In this document: piece after piece, positions 39,190 through 47,876 of the stretch | Layout of the letters: every line of letters starts with the position of its first letter | Position numbering within the stretch: the stretch's first letter is position 1 | From: an uncultured Bacilli bacterium | GTDB taxonomy: Bacteria > Bacillota_I > Bacilli_A > RF39 > UBA660 | DNA: 64,000 bases | Assembly: GCA_944373145.1 (NCBI GenBank) | Contig: CALWAL010000007.1 | Location: 26,005-90,004 of the forward strand | Reading direction: 5' to 3' | Translations under genes and position numbers: made by a program | Notes under the pieces: generated by a model | The model's input: the letters and a program-made list of their open reading frames with translations, nothing else | The model's database searches: none | What the model was told of the DNA's origin: nothing

Positions 39190-39373
39190 CTATCAAAGAA
39201 AAAAACAATAAATAACACATAATAAATATAGACTGAGATTAAAATTAATCTTAGTCTTTTTTGATATGTGATAGTAAAAGATAACAATATATATAATGTT
39301 AAAATATCTTTTTATAGTATAATAGAATTAATAGATAAATAGTAATTTATTGTTATGATTGGAGGAAAAGAAA

Positions 39374-39727
39374 ATGGGAAAAGTAATTGTATTATTTGAG
39401 GTTACAATAAAAGATGGAAAGAAAGATGATTATTTAAAGAGAGCTGAAATCTTAAAAGCACATTTAAAGAATATGAAAGGTTTTATATCTGCTGAAAGAT
39501 TTCAATCTTTAGCAAGCGAAAAGAAAGTATTAAGTATGACAGTATGGGAAAATGAGGAAAGCGTTCAAATTTGGAGAAATTTATCTGAACATAGAGAAAG
39601 CCAATTAGCAGGTAGAATGGAAGATTTTGAAGATTACAAAATAACAGTAGTTACACCAATTCGTGAATATGGAATGAATGATAGAACTAATGCACCTAAA
39701 GATTCAAATGAATATTTTAACGTATAA
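39374..39727 (+). CDS. Antibiotic biosynthesis monooxygenase (ABM)-family protein
   Basis: GFISAERF, SMTVWENEES...WRNLSEHRESQ..GR. GGAGG RBS. Confidence 0.85.
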   Translation: MGKVIVLFEVTIKDGKKDDYLKRAEILKAHLKNMKGFISAERFQSLASEKKVLSMTVWENEESVQIWRNLSEHRESQLAGRMEDFEDYKITVVTPIREYGMNDRTNAPKDSNEYFNV

Positions 39728-39754
39728 TAATTATGCCAGAAAGAGTTATAATTT

Positions 39755-40390
39755 ATGAATAATTATTTTGAATATGGAGATAAAGAAATAAATTATCTAA
39801 AAAACAAAGATAAAAAATTAGCAAAAGTAATTGATAATTTAGGTTTTGTTGAAAGACCAGTAGATACAGATATATTTGAATCAATAGTTCATATGATGGT
39901 TGGACAACAAATTTCAACAAAGGCACATAAAACTATTTGGAAAAGAATGTTAGATTATTATAATATAGTGAAACCTATAAATATTTCAAAAACAAGCATA
40001 GGACAAATGCAAAGTTTTGGAATGACATATATAAAAGCTAACAATATTATAAATTTTTCAAATAAAGTATTAAATAATGAAATAAACCTTGAAGAACTTA
40101 ATAATAAAACAGATAATGAAGTAATAAGAGAGTTATCAAATATAGATGGTATTGGAGAATGGACAGCAGAAATGATAAGGCTACATTCAATGCAAAGAAA
40201 AGATATATTTAGTTATAAAGATTTAGCGATTCATAGAGGGCTAAAACTGATATATCATCATAAGAAAATTGACAAAAAGCTATTTGATAAATATAAAAAA
40301 AGATTTAGCCCTTATGGTAGTATAGCAAGCATTTATATATGGGCAGTAGCAGGATGTAAAATACCGAATTTAGAGGAGGTTTTGGAATGA
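39755..40390 (+). CDS. alkA: DNA-3-methyladenine glycosylase II (AlkA, HhH-GPD family)
   Basis: MVGQQIS and helix-hairpin-helix LSNIDGIGEWTAEM...DLAIHRG, FSPYGSIASIYIW. Confidence 0.85.
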   Translation: MNNYFEYGDKEINYLKNKDKKLAKVIDNLGFVERPVDTDIFESIVHMMVGQQISTKAHKTIWKRMLDYYNIVKPINISKTSIGQMQSFGMTYIKANNIINFSNKVLNNEINLEELNNKTDNEVIRELSNIDGIGEWTAEMIRLHSMQRKDIFSYKDLAIHRGLKLIYHHKKIDKKLFDKYKKRFSPYGSIASIYIWAVAGCKIPNLEEVLE

Positions 40391-40926
40391 TATATACGAC
40401 ACACTATAAAGCTCCAGTAGGAGATATATTGTTAGCAAGTAAAGATGAAAAGCTAATTGGATTATGGATTGAAGGACAAAAGTATTATCTATCTAATTTA
40501 AAAGAAGAAATACAAGAAAATGATAAAGATGAAACATTGGTAAAAACCAAAAAATGGTTAGATAGATATTTTAATGGAGAAAAGCCTAAAATAGATGAAT
40601 TAGATTTAGCACCAATAGGAAGTGATTTTAGACAAGAAGTATGGAAAATATTATGCAAGATCCCTTATGGAGAAGTAACTACTTATAATGATATATCAAA
40701 AGAAATTGCTGAAAAAAGAGGAATAAAAAGAATGTCTGCACAAGCTGTGGGTGGTGCAGTAGGTCATAATCCTATTTCAATTATTATTCCTTGTCATAGA
40801 GTTGTAGGAACAAATGGTAGTTTAACAGGATATGCAGGAGGAATAAATAAAAAGATATTTTTACTAAAACACGAATATGTAAATATGAGTAATTTGTTTG
40901 TTCCAAAGAAAGGAACTGCTCTATGA
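40387..40926 (+). CDS. ogt: Methylated-DNA--protein-cysteine methyltransferase
   Basis: IPYGEVTTY, AQAVGGAVGHNP and active site IIPCHRV. Confidence 0.93.
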   Translation: MIYTTHYKAPVGDILLASKDEKLIGLWIEGQKYYLSNLKEEIQENDKDETLVKTKKWLDRYFNGEKPKIDELDLAPIGSDFRQEVWKILCKIPYGEVTTYNDISKEIAEKRGIKRMSAQAVGGAVGHNPISIIIPCHRVVGTNGSLTGYAGGINKKIFLLKHEYVNMSNLFVPKKGTAL

Positions 40927-41465
40927 AAAGGTGTAAATGGTGTAATCTAAATAATCCAAATTATATTGAATACCACGATAACGAATGGTGCAGACCAAAC
41001 TTTGATGATAAGTATTTATATGAAATGCTAATATTGGAGTCTTTTCAAGCAGGATTATCTTGGGAATGTGTTTTAAATAAAAGGGATAGTTTTAGAAAAG
41101 CATTTGATAATTTTGATATTGATAAAGTTTGCTCTTATGATGAAAATAAGATAAACGAATTATTGAATAATAAAGGCATTATTAGAAATAAATTAAAAAT
41201 AAAAGCAAGTATAAATAATAGTATAATCTTCAAAACGATAGTTAATGAATATGTGACATTCCATAATTATTTAAAATCATTTACACAAGATAAAACAATT
41301 TATGAAATAGATAAAACAGGTAACGAATTGTCTGATAATATATCAAATGACCTAAAAAAACGAGGAATGAAATTTGTAGGAAGTACAATTATATATTCTT
41401 ATTTACAGGCAATAGGGGTTATCTATTCACACGATGAAGAATGTAGTTTGTATAAAGCAAATTAG
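40923..41465 (+). CDS. tag: DNA-3-methyladenine glycosylase I
   Basis: RCKWC, YHDNEW, LESFQAGLSW and FVGSTIIYSYLQAIG...H. Confidence 0.93.
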   Translation: MKRCKWCNLNNPNYIEYHDNEWCRPNFDDKYLYEMLILESFQAGLSWECVLNKRDSFRKAFDNFDIDKVCSYDENKINELLNNKGIIRNKLKIKASINNSIIFKTIVNEYVTFHNYLKSFTQDKTIYEIDKTGNELSDNISNDLKKRGMKFVGSTIIYSYLQAIGVIYSHDEECSLYKAN

Positions 41466-41592
41466 AGCGACAACTTACAATTTATCAAGTAGATGAAAAA
41501 ATATTTTTTGGTACAATTAAGATGCGTATTGAAAAAATAAGCCAAATAGTATTTGTTTTTGACAAAAAACACTCCACGAATATTACAGTGCT

Positions 41593-41626
41593 ACAAGCTA
41601 CAGTTAAAGAAAAATTAAACAAATAA
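41593..41626 (+). other. Third att core plus probable native ppdK 3' end (QA-TVKEKLNK*)
   Basis: ACAAGCT at 41593-41599, in-frame tail ending at TAA 41624-41626, followed by a strong terminator and resumption of backbone genes. Confidence 0.72.
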
Positions 41627-41646
41627 TCGAAGGCAATTTAATAGTT

Positions 41647-41676
41647 AAAAGCAAGCTAAGATATTAGCTTGCTTTT
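41647..41676 (+). terminator. Probable native ppdK terminator
   Basis: Perfect 13-bp stem AAAAGCAAGCTAA-gata-TTAGCTTGCTTTT. Confidence 0.85.
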
Positions 41677-41785
41677 AATGTAATTTTGTATAGTGTTTGT
41701 AGGATTTGATATTCGGCAAAATTTTTATTCTTTTAATTGCTTTTATTAATACTTTTGTATTATAATTATAGTAGGTGATACAAGA

Positions 41786-42682
41786 ATGAAAATATTGTGT
41801 ATAGGACATGCGGCTTATGATATTACCACTCCTGTCGATAGCTTCCCAGTTGAGAATACAAAAAATAGAGTTCAGGAACGTATTGAATGTGGTGGTGGAC
41901 CTGCTGGAACAGCTGCATATCTTTTAGGTAAATGGGGGATGGAAACTTATTTTGCTGGCATTGTTGGTGATGATTTATATGGACATAATATTGCTAAAGA
42001 ATATGCTACAGTTGGTGTAAATACGGATTATTTACAAATTAGTTCACAGCACACGACAACATCAAGTTATATAATTGCTAATCGCGAAAATGGTAGCAGA
42101 ACAATACTTACATATAGACCTAGTTCGATGAAGATGAACCCAGTTAAGATTGACATCAATCCAGACATGATTATTATTGACGGTCAAGAACCTGAAGTGT
42201 CAGCGCAAGTGTTACGTGATAATCCAAATGCGATTAGTATTATTGATGCGGGACGCGATCGCAAAGAAATTAGAGATTTGTGCAAAATGGTTACTTATGT
42301 AGCTTGTTCGAAAGATTTTGCTCAATTAGTAAGCGGTATTTCAATTTATGATGATGAAAGTTTAAATTATGCTTTTAAAAAATTAGAAGAAGAGTTTAAC
42401 ACTAAAATTATTATTACGTTGGAAGCCACTGGTTGTGCTTATCGTAACGAATCAGGTAAAGTGGAAATTGTTCCTTCTATAAAAGTTAAAGCGATTGATT
42501 CAACTGGTGCTGGCGATATTTTTCATGGAGCTTTGGGGTATGCTTTAGCACTTAAATGGCCGTTGCCGGAGGCTTTAAGATTTGCCAATATTGCTGGAGC
42601 GATGTCTGTAACTCGTATAGGTGGTCGCAATTCAATTTTTGAATTAGATGAAATGTTAGAAGTTTATAATGAAATTAAGTGA
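41786..42682 (+). CDS. PfkB/ribokinase-family carbohydrate kinase
   Basis: GGGPAGTAAY.LGKWG and AIDSTGAGDIFHGA. Confidence 0.9.
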   Translation: MKILCIGHAAYDITTPVDSFPVENTKNRVQERIECGGGPAGTAAYLLGKWGMETYFAGIVGDDLYGHNIAKEYATVGVNTDYLQISSQHTTTSSYIIANRENGSRTILTYRPSSMKMNPVKIDINPDMIIIDGQEPEVSAQVLRDNPNAISIIDAGRDRKEIRDLCKMVTYVACSKDFAQLVSGISIYDDESLNYAFKKLEEEFNTKIIITLEATGCAYRNESGKVEIVPSIKVKAIDSTGAGDIFHGALGYALALKWPLPEALRFANIAGAMSVTRIGGRNSIFELDEMLEVYNEIK

Positions 42683-42941
42683 TGTTATTTTTATTAATTC
42701 CTTTCCTACTTTAGATTTGCACGGATATGATCGTGATAGTGCAAGAGTTAAAATATTGGAATTTATTAGCGACAACATAGTAATGGGGAATGAATTTATT
42801 ACCATTATTCACGGTGTAGGAAGTGGAACTCTTCGAAGGGAAGTAGATGAGACATTAAGAAAAAATCGAAATGTTGTTGAACATCAAATATTTCGTGCCA
42901 ATAATGGTTGCACAATCGTTAGATTAGTAAAATTTAAATAA
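42669..42941 (+). CDS. Stand-alone Smr-domain protein
   Basis: LDLHG and IIHGVGSGTLR. Confidence 0.88.
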   Translation: MKLSDVIFINSFPTLDLHGYDRDSARVKILEFISDNIVMGNEFITIIHGVGSGTLRREVDETLRKNRNVVEHQIFRANNGCTIVRLVKFK

Positions 42942-43005
42942 CTTGACAATGTGATGGTTTTGTGTTAGAATATGCAACATCTCATTGAAAAGGGGGAGAG
43001 TATTT

Positions 43006-44457
43006 ATGTATGAAGAAAGAAGAGATAGCTTTTCAATTAGGGATTTATGTTTACAAATATTATTTATAGTACTATTTGTATTAATTTTAATTATGTTATT
43101 CCCTACAAAAGGCTACGTAAAAAAAGCAATTCAAGATAATCAAGTAGAAGTTCAATCAGGATATGACATAGAACAATTGGCGGTATTATACAATCAAATA
43201 TTTGCTAATAATATGGCAGCTATGAAAGATGCTGCAATCGGTTATTATACAAACGAAAGATTGCCACAAAAAGTAGGCGATACTGACAAGATGACATTAC
43301 AAGAAATGTATGATTTACATTTAGTATTAAAATTATACGATAAAGATAACAAGGCTTGTAGCCCTACTGATTCATATGTTGAAATTACTAAATACGATGA
43401 GGAGTATCGTTTAAAAGTAAATTTAAGTTGTGGTAGTGATGAAGACTATATAATTGTATATTTAGGATGTTACGATTATTGTGAGGCTACAGGTGTTTGT
43501 GAAAAACAAGTAACAACGACAACGCCGGTGAAAAAGCCTGATAAACCATCAAAGCCAAGTGACCCTGATGATAAACCATCAAATCCAGATCCGGAGCCAG
43601 AAGATAAATTATGTGAATATAAGAAGGTTACGGATGGTAAATGGGGAGAATATGGCTCTTGGTCAAAATGGTCAACGGAAAAAGTAACAGAGACTGAGGC
43701 AAGAGATGTCGAAACCAAAACAGAAAAAGTGGTAACTGGATATACAACTGTTAAAAAGAAAGTCGGAACAAAAACAGAAACGTATATTGAAAAGTACACT
43801 ACTTCAAAATATATATCAGGTTATACAACTGAAAAATATATATCAGGGTATACGACTGAAAAATATCAATCTGGAACAACAACTCAAAAAGTAGCAGTTG
43901 GAACTAAAAAAGTTCAAGTTGGTACGACAACCAAAGAAACGGTAAAAAAAGTACCAGCCGGAACAACGACTGTTTATGTGTCTTCTGGTTCAGGAACAAC
44001 TGTTCCTAATAGTACTAGCGAGTATATTTATGTAAAAACAGGATCAAAGACTAGTCAAAGTTGTTCAAGTTGTGCAACTGTAACTACTTATACATGGGAT
44101 AAGTATAAAGTTACAACTGTTTATAAAACAGAAACAGTAACGGAAAAAGTTCCTGTATATTCTGTAGAAACAGTTTATGAGACTAAAACAGTGCCAGTAT
44201 ATTCAACTAGAAAGGTACCAGTATACTCAACTAAAAAGGTACCAGTATATTCAACAAAGAAAACACCAGTATACGCAACAAGAGAAGTTGCTGTATATGA
44301 AAATGTAAAAGTTGCAGTTTATGATACGGTTACATATTATCGTTATAGAACAAGAAAATATATCGGTGGAACAACAGATATTAAATGGAGTACTTGTGAT
44401 CCGGTAGATAAGAACTTAATTAATAAAGGTTACTATTTAACAGGTAATGTAAAGTAA
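43006..44457 (+). CDS. Membrane-anchored surface protein with pilin-like N-domain and repeat-rich beta stalk
   Basis: N-terminal TM, Cys-containing globular part, P/D/K linker and T/K/V/Y-rich repeats. Confidence 0.75.
   Translation: MYEERRDSFSIRDLCLQILFIVLFVLILIMLFPTKGYVKKAIQDNQVEVQSGYDIEQLAVLYNQIFANNMAAMKDAAIGYYTNERLPQKVGDTDKMTLQEMYDLHLVLKLYDKDNKACSPTDSYVEITKYDEEYRLKVNLSCGSDEDYIIVYLGCYDYCEATGVCEKQVTTTTPVKKPDKPSKPSDPDDKPSNPDPEPEDKLCEYKKVTDGKWGEYGSWSKWSTEKVTETEARDVETKTEKVVTGYTTVKKKVGTKTETYIEKYTTSKYISGYTTEKYISGYTTEKYQSGTTTQKVAVGTKKVQVGTTTKETVKKVPAGTTTVYVSSGSGTTVPNSTSEYIYVKTGSKTSQSCSSCATVTTYTWDKYKVTTVYKTETVTEKVPVYSVETVYETKTVPVYSTRKVPVYSTKKVPVYSTKKTPVYATREVAVYENVKVAVYDTVTYYRYRTRKYIGGTTDIKWSTCDPVDKNLINKGYYLTGNVK
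43807..43875 (+). repeat. 27-bp coding tandem repeat (KYISGYTTE)
   Basis: Two near-identical units plus a partial third. Confidence 0.8.
44191..44286 (+). repeat. 24-bp coding tandem repeat (VPVYSTKK)
   Basis: Four consecutive units, followed by two diverged ones. Confidence 0.8.
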
Positions 44458-44565
44458 GGATAAAAGAGGCGACTGAGTCGTCTTTTTTATTTGACAGCAC
44501 TAAACTAATATGCTATCATAAAAGTAGAATAAGATAGTATAATATTATAATAGGAGGGGTGTATT

Positions 44566-44985
44566 ATGAAGGAAACATATTTATTTGACTACGTTAATGA
44601 AAATGAATTTAAAAAACTAGAACGTTCATTAAAAAAGTATAATATGCTTGCCTATAAAAAATTATATTTTGAGTATTATCCATCATTAAAAAATGGAAAT
44701 TTTATTGGAAAATTGATTTCAACTAATAAAAAGAATGGAACTCAGACATATGAATTAAAATTGCCAACGGATGCTTTATTTTCAAAAGTTCATGGTGACC
44801 TTAGATTATATTATTTAGTATACGAAAAAGAAAAAATTGTTATGTTAGATAAATTGGAACCGGTTGAAATATTGAGTGAAGGACATGCTAGTGAACTTGT
44901 TACATATAAGGGTGTTATGGTTTCTAAACAACACTCTGATAAAGATATGTTTAAAATTAATTTATTAAATATGTTAGATAAATAA
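44566..44985 (+). CDS. Hypothetical protein, possible RelE/ParE-like fold
   Basis: Own promoter (TTGACA...TATCAT) and AGGAGG RBS. YELKL...GDLRLYYLV...IVML pattern. Confidence 0.65.
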   Translation: MKETYLFDYVNENEFKKLERSLKKYNMLAYKKLYFEYYPSLKNGNFIGKLISTNKKNGTQTYELKLPTDALFSKVHGDLRLYYLVYEKEKIVMLDKLEPVEILSEGHASELVTYKGVMVSKQHSDKDMFKINLLNMLDK

Positions 44986-45016
44986 AAAGTATTAGAATTG
45001 ATTTCCAATACTTTTT

Positions 45017-45667
45017 TTATGATATATATGATCCACAATATTGACAACGACCGACTTTTTCTTCTATTTTATTACTAGCTCCACAGTTTTTACATGTGAC
45101 AACTCGTGTCAAAACATTTTTGATGCTATTTAATTCTTCAATATATCCTTCAGGTAAATAAATTTTATTTCTTTTTTCATCAATAACATAGCGTTCTAAA
45201 TATCTTTTATCAATTAATGTGTTTAAATCTTTAATTACTTTGTTTTTAGATAAATGAATTGCTGCGCTAATACCACTTAAGTCTTCTATTCTTTTGTTGA
45301 CAATAAGGTCAATATATTTTCGATATCTTCTAGCTTTAAGTTTGTTATATACTCCTAAAATAAATAGAATTATTCCAATAATTGTGTGAAATAAACTAAA
45401 ATTGTATAATAAATCTATTTCTTCTTTTTTATATTCCGCCAAAGTTGTCGCATACCAATATAACCCACTTAATGCAAAAAAGATAATTCCCAAAATAATT
45501 AATGTGTTACCAATTTTAAATAAGTTGCGCCTATGCAAGAATGTTCTTCGAAGCAAAAGGAATATAGCTATAGGTGGAAATATAAAAAGCATTGCAATAA
45601 TAAATATCCAACTGTCAAAAAAGTAATCTCTATCGGGAATACCATATATTTTATTGTTTTTTTCCAT
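45017..45667 (-). CDS. Membrane protein with C-terminal zinc ribbon
   Basis: Three hydrophobic segments and a terminal CKNCG...CQYCG. Confidence 0.75.
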   Translation of the reverse strand: MEKNNKIYGIPDRDYFFDSWIFIIAMLFIFPPIAIFLLLRRTFLHRRNLFKIGNTLIILGIIFFALSGLYWYATTLAEYKKEEIDLLYNFSLFHTIIGIILFILGVYNKLKARRYRKYIDLIVNKRIEDLSGISAAIHLSKNKVIKDLNTLIDKRYLERYVIDEKRNKIYLPEGYIEELNSIKNVLTRVVTCKNCGASNKIEEKVGRCQYCGSYIS

Positions 45668-45760
45668 ATCATCACCTTAACTATAATTATATAACGATAT
45701 ATTTATATGTTCAATATGCAATTAATAAAAAAAGCTGATATATCAGCTTTTTAATTCAAA

Positions 45761-45845
45761 TGGTGCGAGTGAAGGGACTTGAACCCCCATGCCTTGCGGC
45801 GCTAGATCCTAAGTCTAGTGCGTCTGCCAATTTCGCCACACTCGC
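45761..45845 (-). tRNA. tRNA-Leu(TAG)
   Basis: Reverse complement GCGAGTG...CTAGA-CTTAGGA-TCTAG...GGTTCAAGTCC...CACTCGC-ACCA, with a long variable arm. Confidence 0.95.
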
Positions 45846-45848
45846 AAG

Positions 45849-45925
45849 TGGTGGATCTTGTAGGACTCGAACCTACGACCGCCCGGTTATGAGCCGGATG
45901 CTCTAACCAACTGAGCTAAAGATCC
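45849..45925 (-). tRNA. tRNA with CAT anticodon, Ile2 (lysidine) type
   Basis: GGATCTTTAGCTCAGTTGGTTAGAGC...CTCATAA...GGTTCGAGTCC...GATCCACCA matches the Bacillus Ile2 pattern rather than elongator or initiator Met. Confidence 0.9.
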
Positions 45926-46132
45926 ATCAACAAGTACTTTTATAATATATCACAATTAAATGATGAATGCAATAGAAATAAATAATTTTATAGATAATTT
46001 TAAGTATTTATTAATTGTAAAAAGTTGATTATTATGCTATAATTTACTTGTACTATTGATTATTATTTAGATTTGACAAACAAAGGAAAAGATGATAATA
46101 TATACGCTATCTTTAAGAGAAGGGGGATATAT

Positions 46133-47803
46133 ATGTTAAGATTAATTCAAGTAAATGTTGAAAAATTAAAAAAATTGTTTGGTACGGAGAAGAAAATAGA
46201 TAAAAAAGGTATTTTTGGGAAAAGGGCAGTAGCTATTGCTTTTGCTTCAGTTGTTACTGTAAGTTCGCTAACTGGATGTGGTAGTAATCAAGATGTAGCT
46301 AGCAATACATCGACACCAGATACTTCATCCATTAATAGTTCGGATGTTGGAACAGCATCGTCTACTGAAAGTACAGGAATTGAAGTTGCTGATGGATTTG
46401 TAATAGGTGTGAACGATACTTATTCAATTACAGACTGGGATAATTTTGTTGATAACAGTTTGGATATTGTTAATGGAAAAATTAATAATACTGATGAAGA
46501 GCGTTTTAGGGTTGCTTTATCGGTTTTAAATGTCGAATATCTTGCTGATAATGGTGAAAAAGTTTTAGCAGAACAGTTCGGACTTGGAACTGATGTTGAA
46601 AGTGTTTTAAATGCATATTACAGTTTGACATCACAAGTCCGTGAATATAATACAGAAATTGATAACGTTGATGAATATTTAGCATATTCAAATTTATTAT
46701 TAGATACTAAAGATCAAGCTATTTTAAAACAATTAGAAAGTTATGCTAAAGAAGTAATTTCTTTAAAAGCTGATTTAACTGATGAAAATAAAGAACGCAT
46801 TCAAGAAATTTTTGATATTGTTTATGCCTTTGCTAATGGAACTGGAACTATTGATGTTGAAATAAATGGTAGTATGGAACAAATTGCTGAAATTGATTTA
46901 TCAAGAGGGGGAATTCTTGCTGCTGAAAATGTTGTTCAAACTATTTCTGTTATGAGTCAGAATATTGTTGAACAAGATAAGAGAGAGGCCTTAGATGGCG
47001 AGTTACGTTCTCAAGATACTTTAGCAAAAATTCAAGAGTTAATCATCAAGTATCAAACATTAGGCGGTATAAGGGAAGTTAATGTAGAAAGACAACAAGA
47101 AGTTTTTGATAATTATACTAAAGGCTTTGCTATTGTTTTAAGTGAATTAAAAGAGATTGGTTGTACAGAAGAGGAAGCAAAAGCTTTATATACATTAACT
47201 AATATTGATTATTTTGTTGATTCTATGGAAAGTCAAAATGTCTTTGAATTAATTTATAAAGATGGTATTGACATTAATGAATTATTTAAAAGTGCGGAAG
47301 CAGCCGTTGCTAAAATTGTTAAATATAATGATTCTAAAGAAGATATTAATGAAATATATGATATGGCTCGTTTGGTTATGACTGATGTTGAAGATGCAAT
47401 TTCTTTAAGAGCGTTATCACAGACTGCTTATAATGTAACTTCGAGTGATGCTAATGTTTCTTCTAGTGCAGTTAGTATCATTAAGGGCTACTCACAATAT
47501 TCATCAGAAGTTACTGTTGACTATAAAACAGAGGAAGCTGATGGTACTCTAGTTGAACATTCACTTGATAAAAATGCTTTAAGTAAAGGAGCAACACAAA
47601 TTATTGATTTCTATACTTATTATTCAGTAATGAATCATAAGAGTGTTTATGGAGCTACAGCAGATGCAATTTTACCATTAGTAGATGGTAGTCAAAATGG
47701 CTTTAGCCCATATGATGAAATTGTGTTAATGGTTGATGATTACTGTGCTGATAGAAATGTAGCGGTGTACAATTATCAAATTGGAGAAAATATCCAAAAA
47801 TAA
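46133..47803 (+). CDS. Putative lipoprotein with two tandem homologous domains
   Basis: Long basic leader, hydrophobic stretch, lipobox SLTGC and S/T linker. Confidence 0.7.
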   Translation: MLRLIQVNVEKLKKLFGTEKKIDKKGIFGKRAVAIAFASVVTVSSLTGCGSNQDVASNTSTPDTSSINSSDVGTASSTESTGIEVADGFVIGVNDTYSITDWDNFVDNSLDIVNGKINNTDEERFRVALSVLNVEYLADNGEKVLAEQFGLGTDVESVLNAYYSLTSQVREYNTEIDNVDEYLAYSNLLLDTKDQAILKQLESYAKEVISLKADLTDENKERIQEIFDIVYAFANGTGTIDVEINGSMEQIAEIDLSRGGILAAENVVQTISVMSQNIVEQDKREALDGELRSQDTLAKIQELIIKYQTLGGIREVNVERQQEVFDNYTKGFAIVLSELKEIGCTEEEAKALYTLTNIDYFVDSMESQNVFELIYKDGIDINELFKSAEAAVAKIVKYNDSKEDINEIYDMARLVMTDVEDAISLRALSQTAYNVTSSDANVSSSAVSIIKGYSQYSSEVTVDYKTEEADGTLVEHSLDKNALSKGATQIIDFYTYYSVMNHKSVYGATADAILPLVDGSQNGFSPYDEIVLMVDDYCADRNVAVYNYQIGENIQK

Positions 47804-47876
47804 AAATACCGAAAGGTATTTTTTTTATCGATTATTATTATAATATGATATAATAATTACATGAAGGAGTGATAGG

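Larger units (their letters stand above)
39182..41599. mobile_element. ~2.4 kb integrase-less relic island with an alkylation-repair cassette
   Basis: Flanked by TACAAGCT at 39181 and 41592, each followed by a homologous 8-codon PpdK tail and a terminator. Visibly more A-rich than the backbone. Confidence 0.75.

Noticed and set aside
41462-41626. Open frame running into the third PpdK tail
   Set aside because: No RBS and no recognisable homology. It may be a gene remnant but cannot be supported.
43807-44286. Short tandem repeats as a CRISPR array
   Set aside because: They are in-frame coding repeats with no unique spacers, and no cas genes are present in the window.
45017-47803. tRNA-Leu/Ile2 pair as an integration site for the flanking hypothetical genes
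   Set aside because: No duplicated tRNA 3' end and no integrase nearby.
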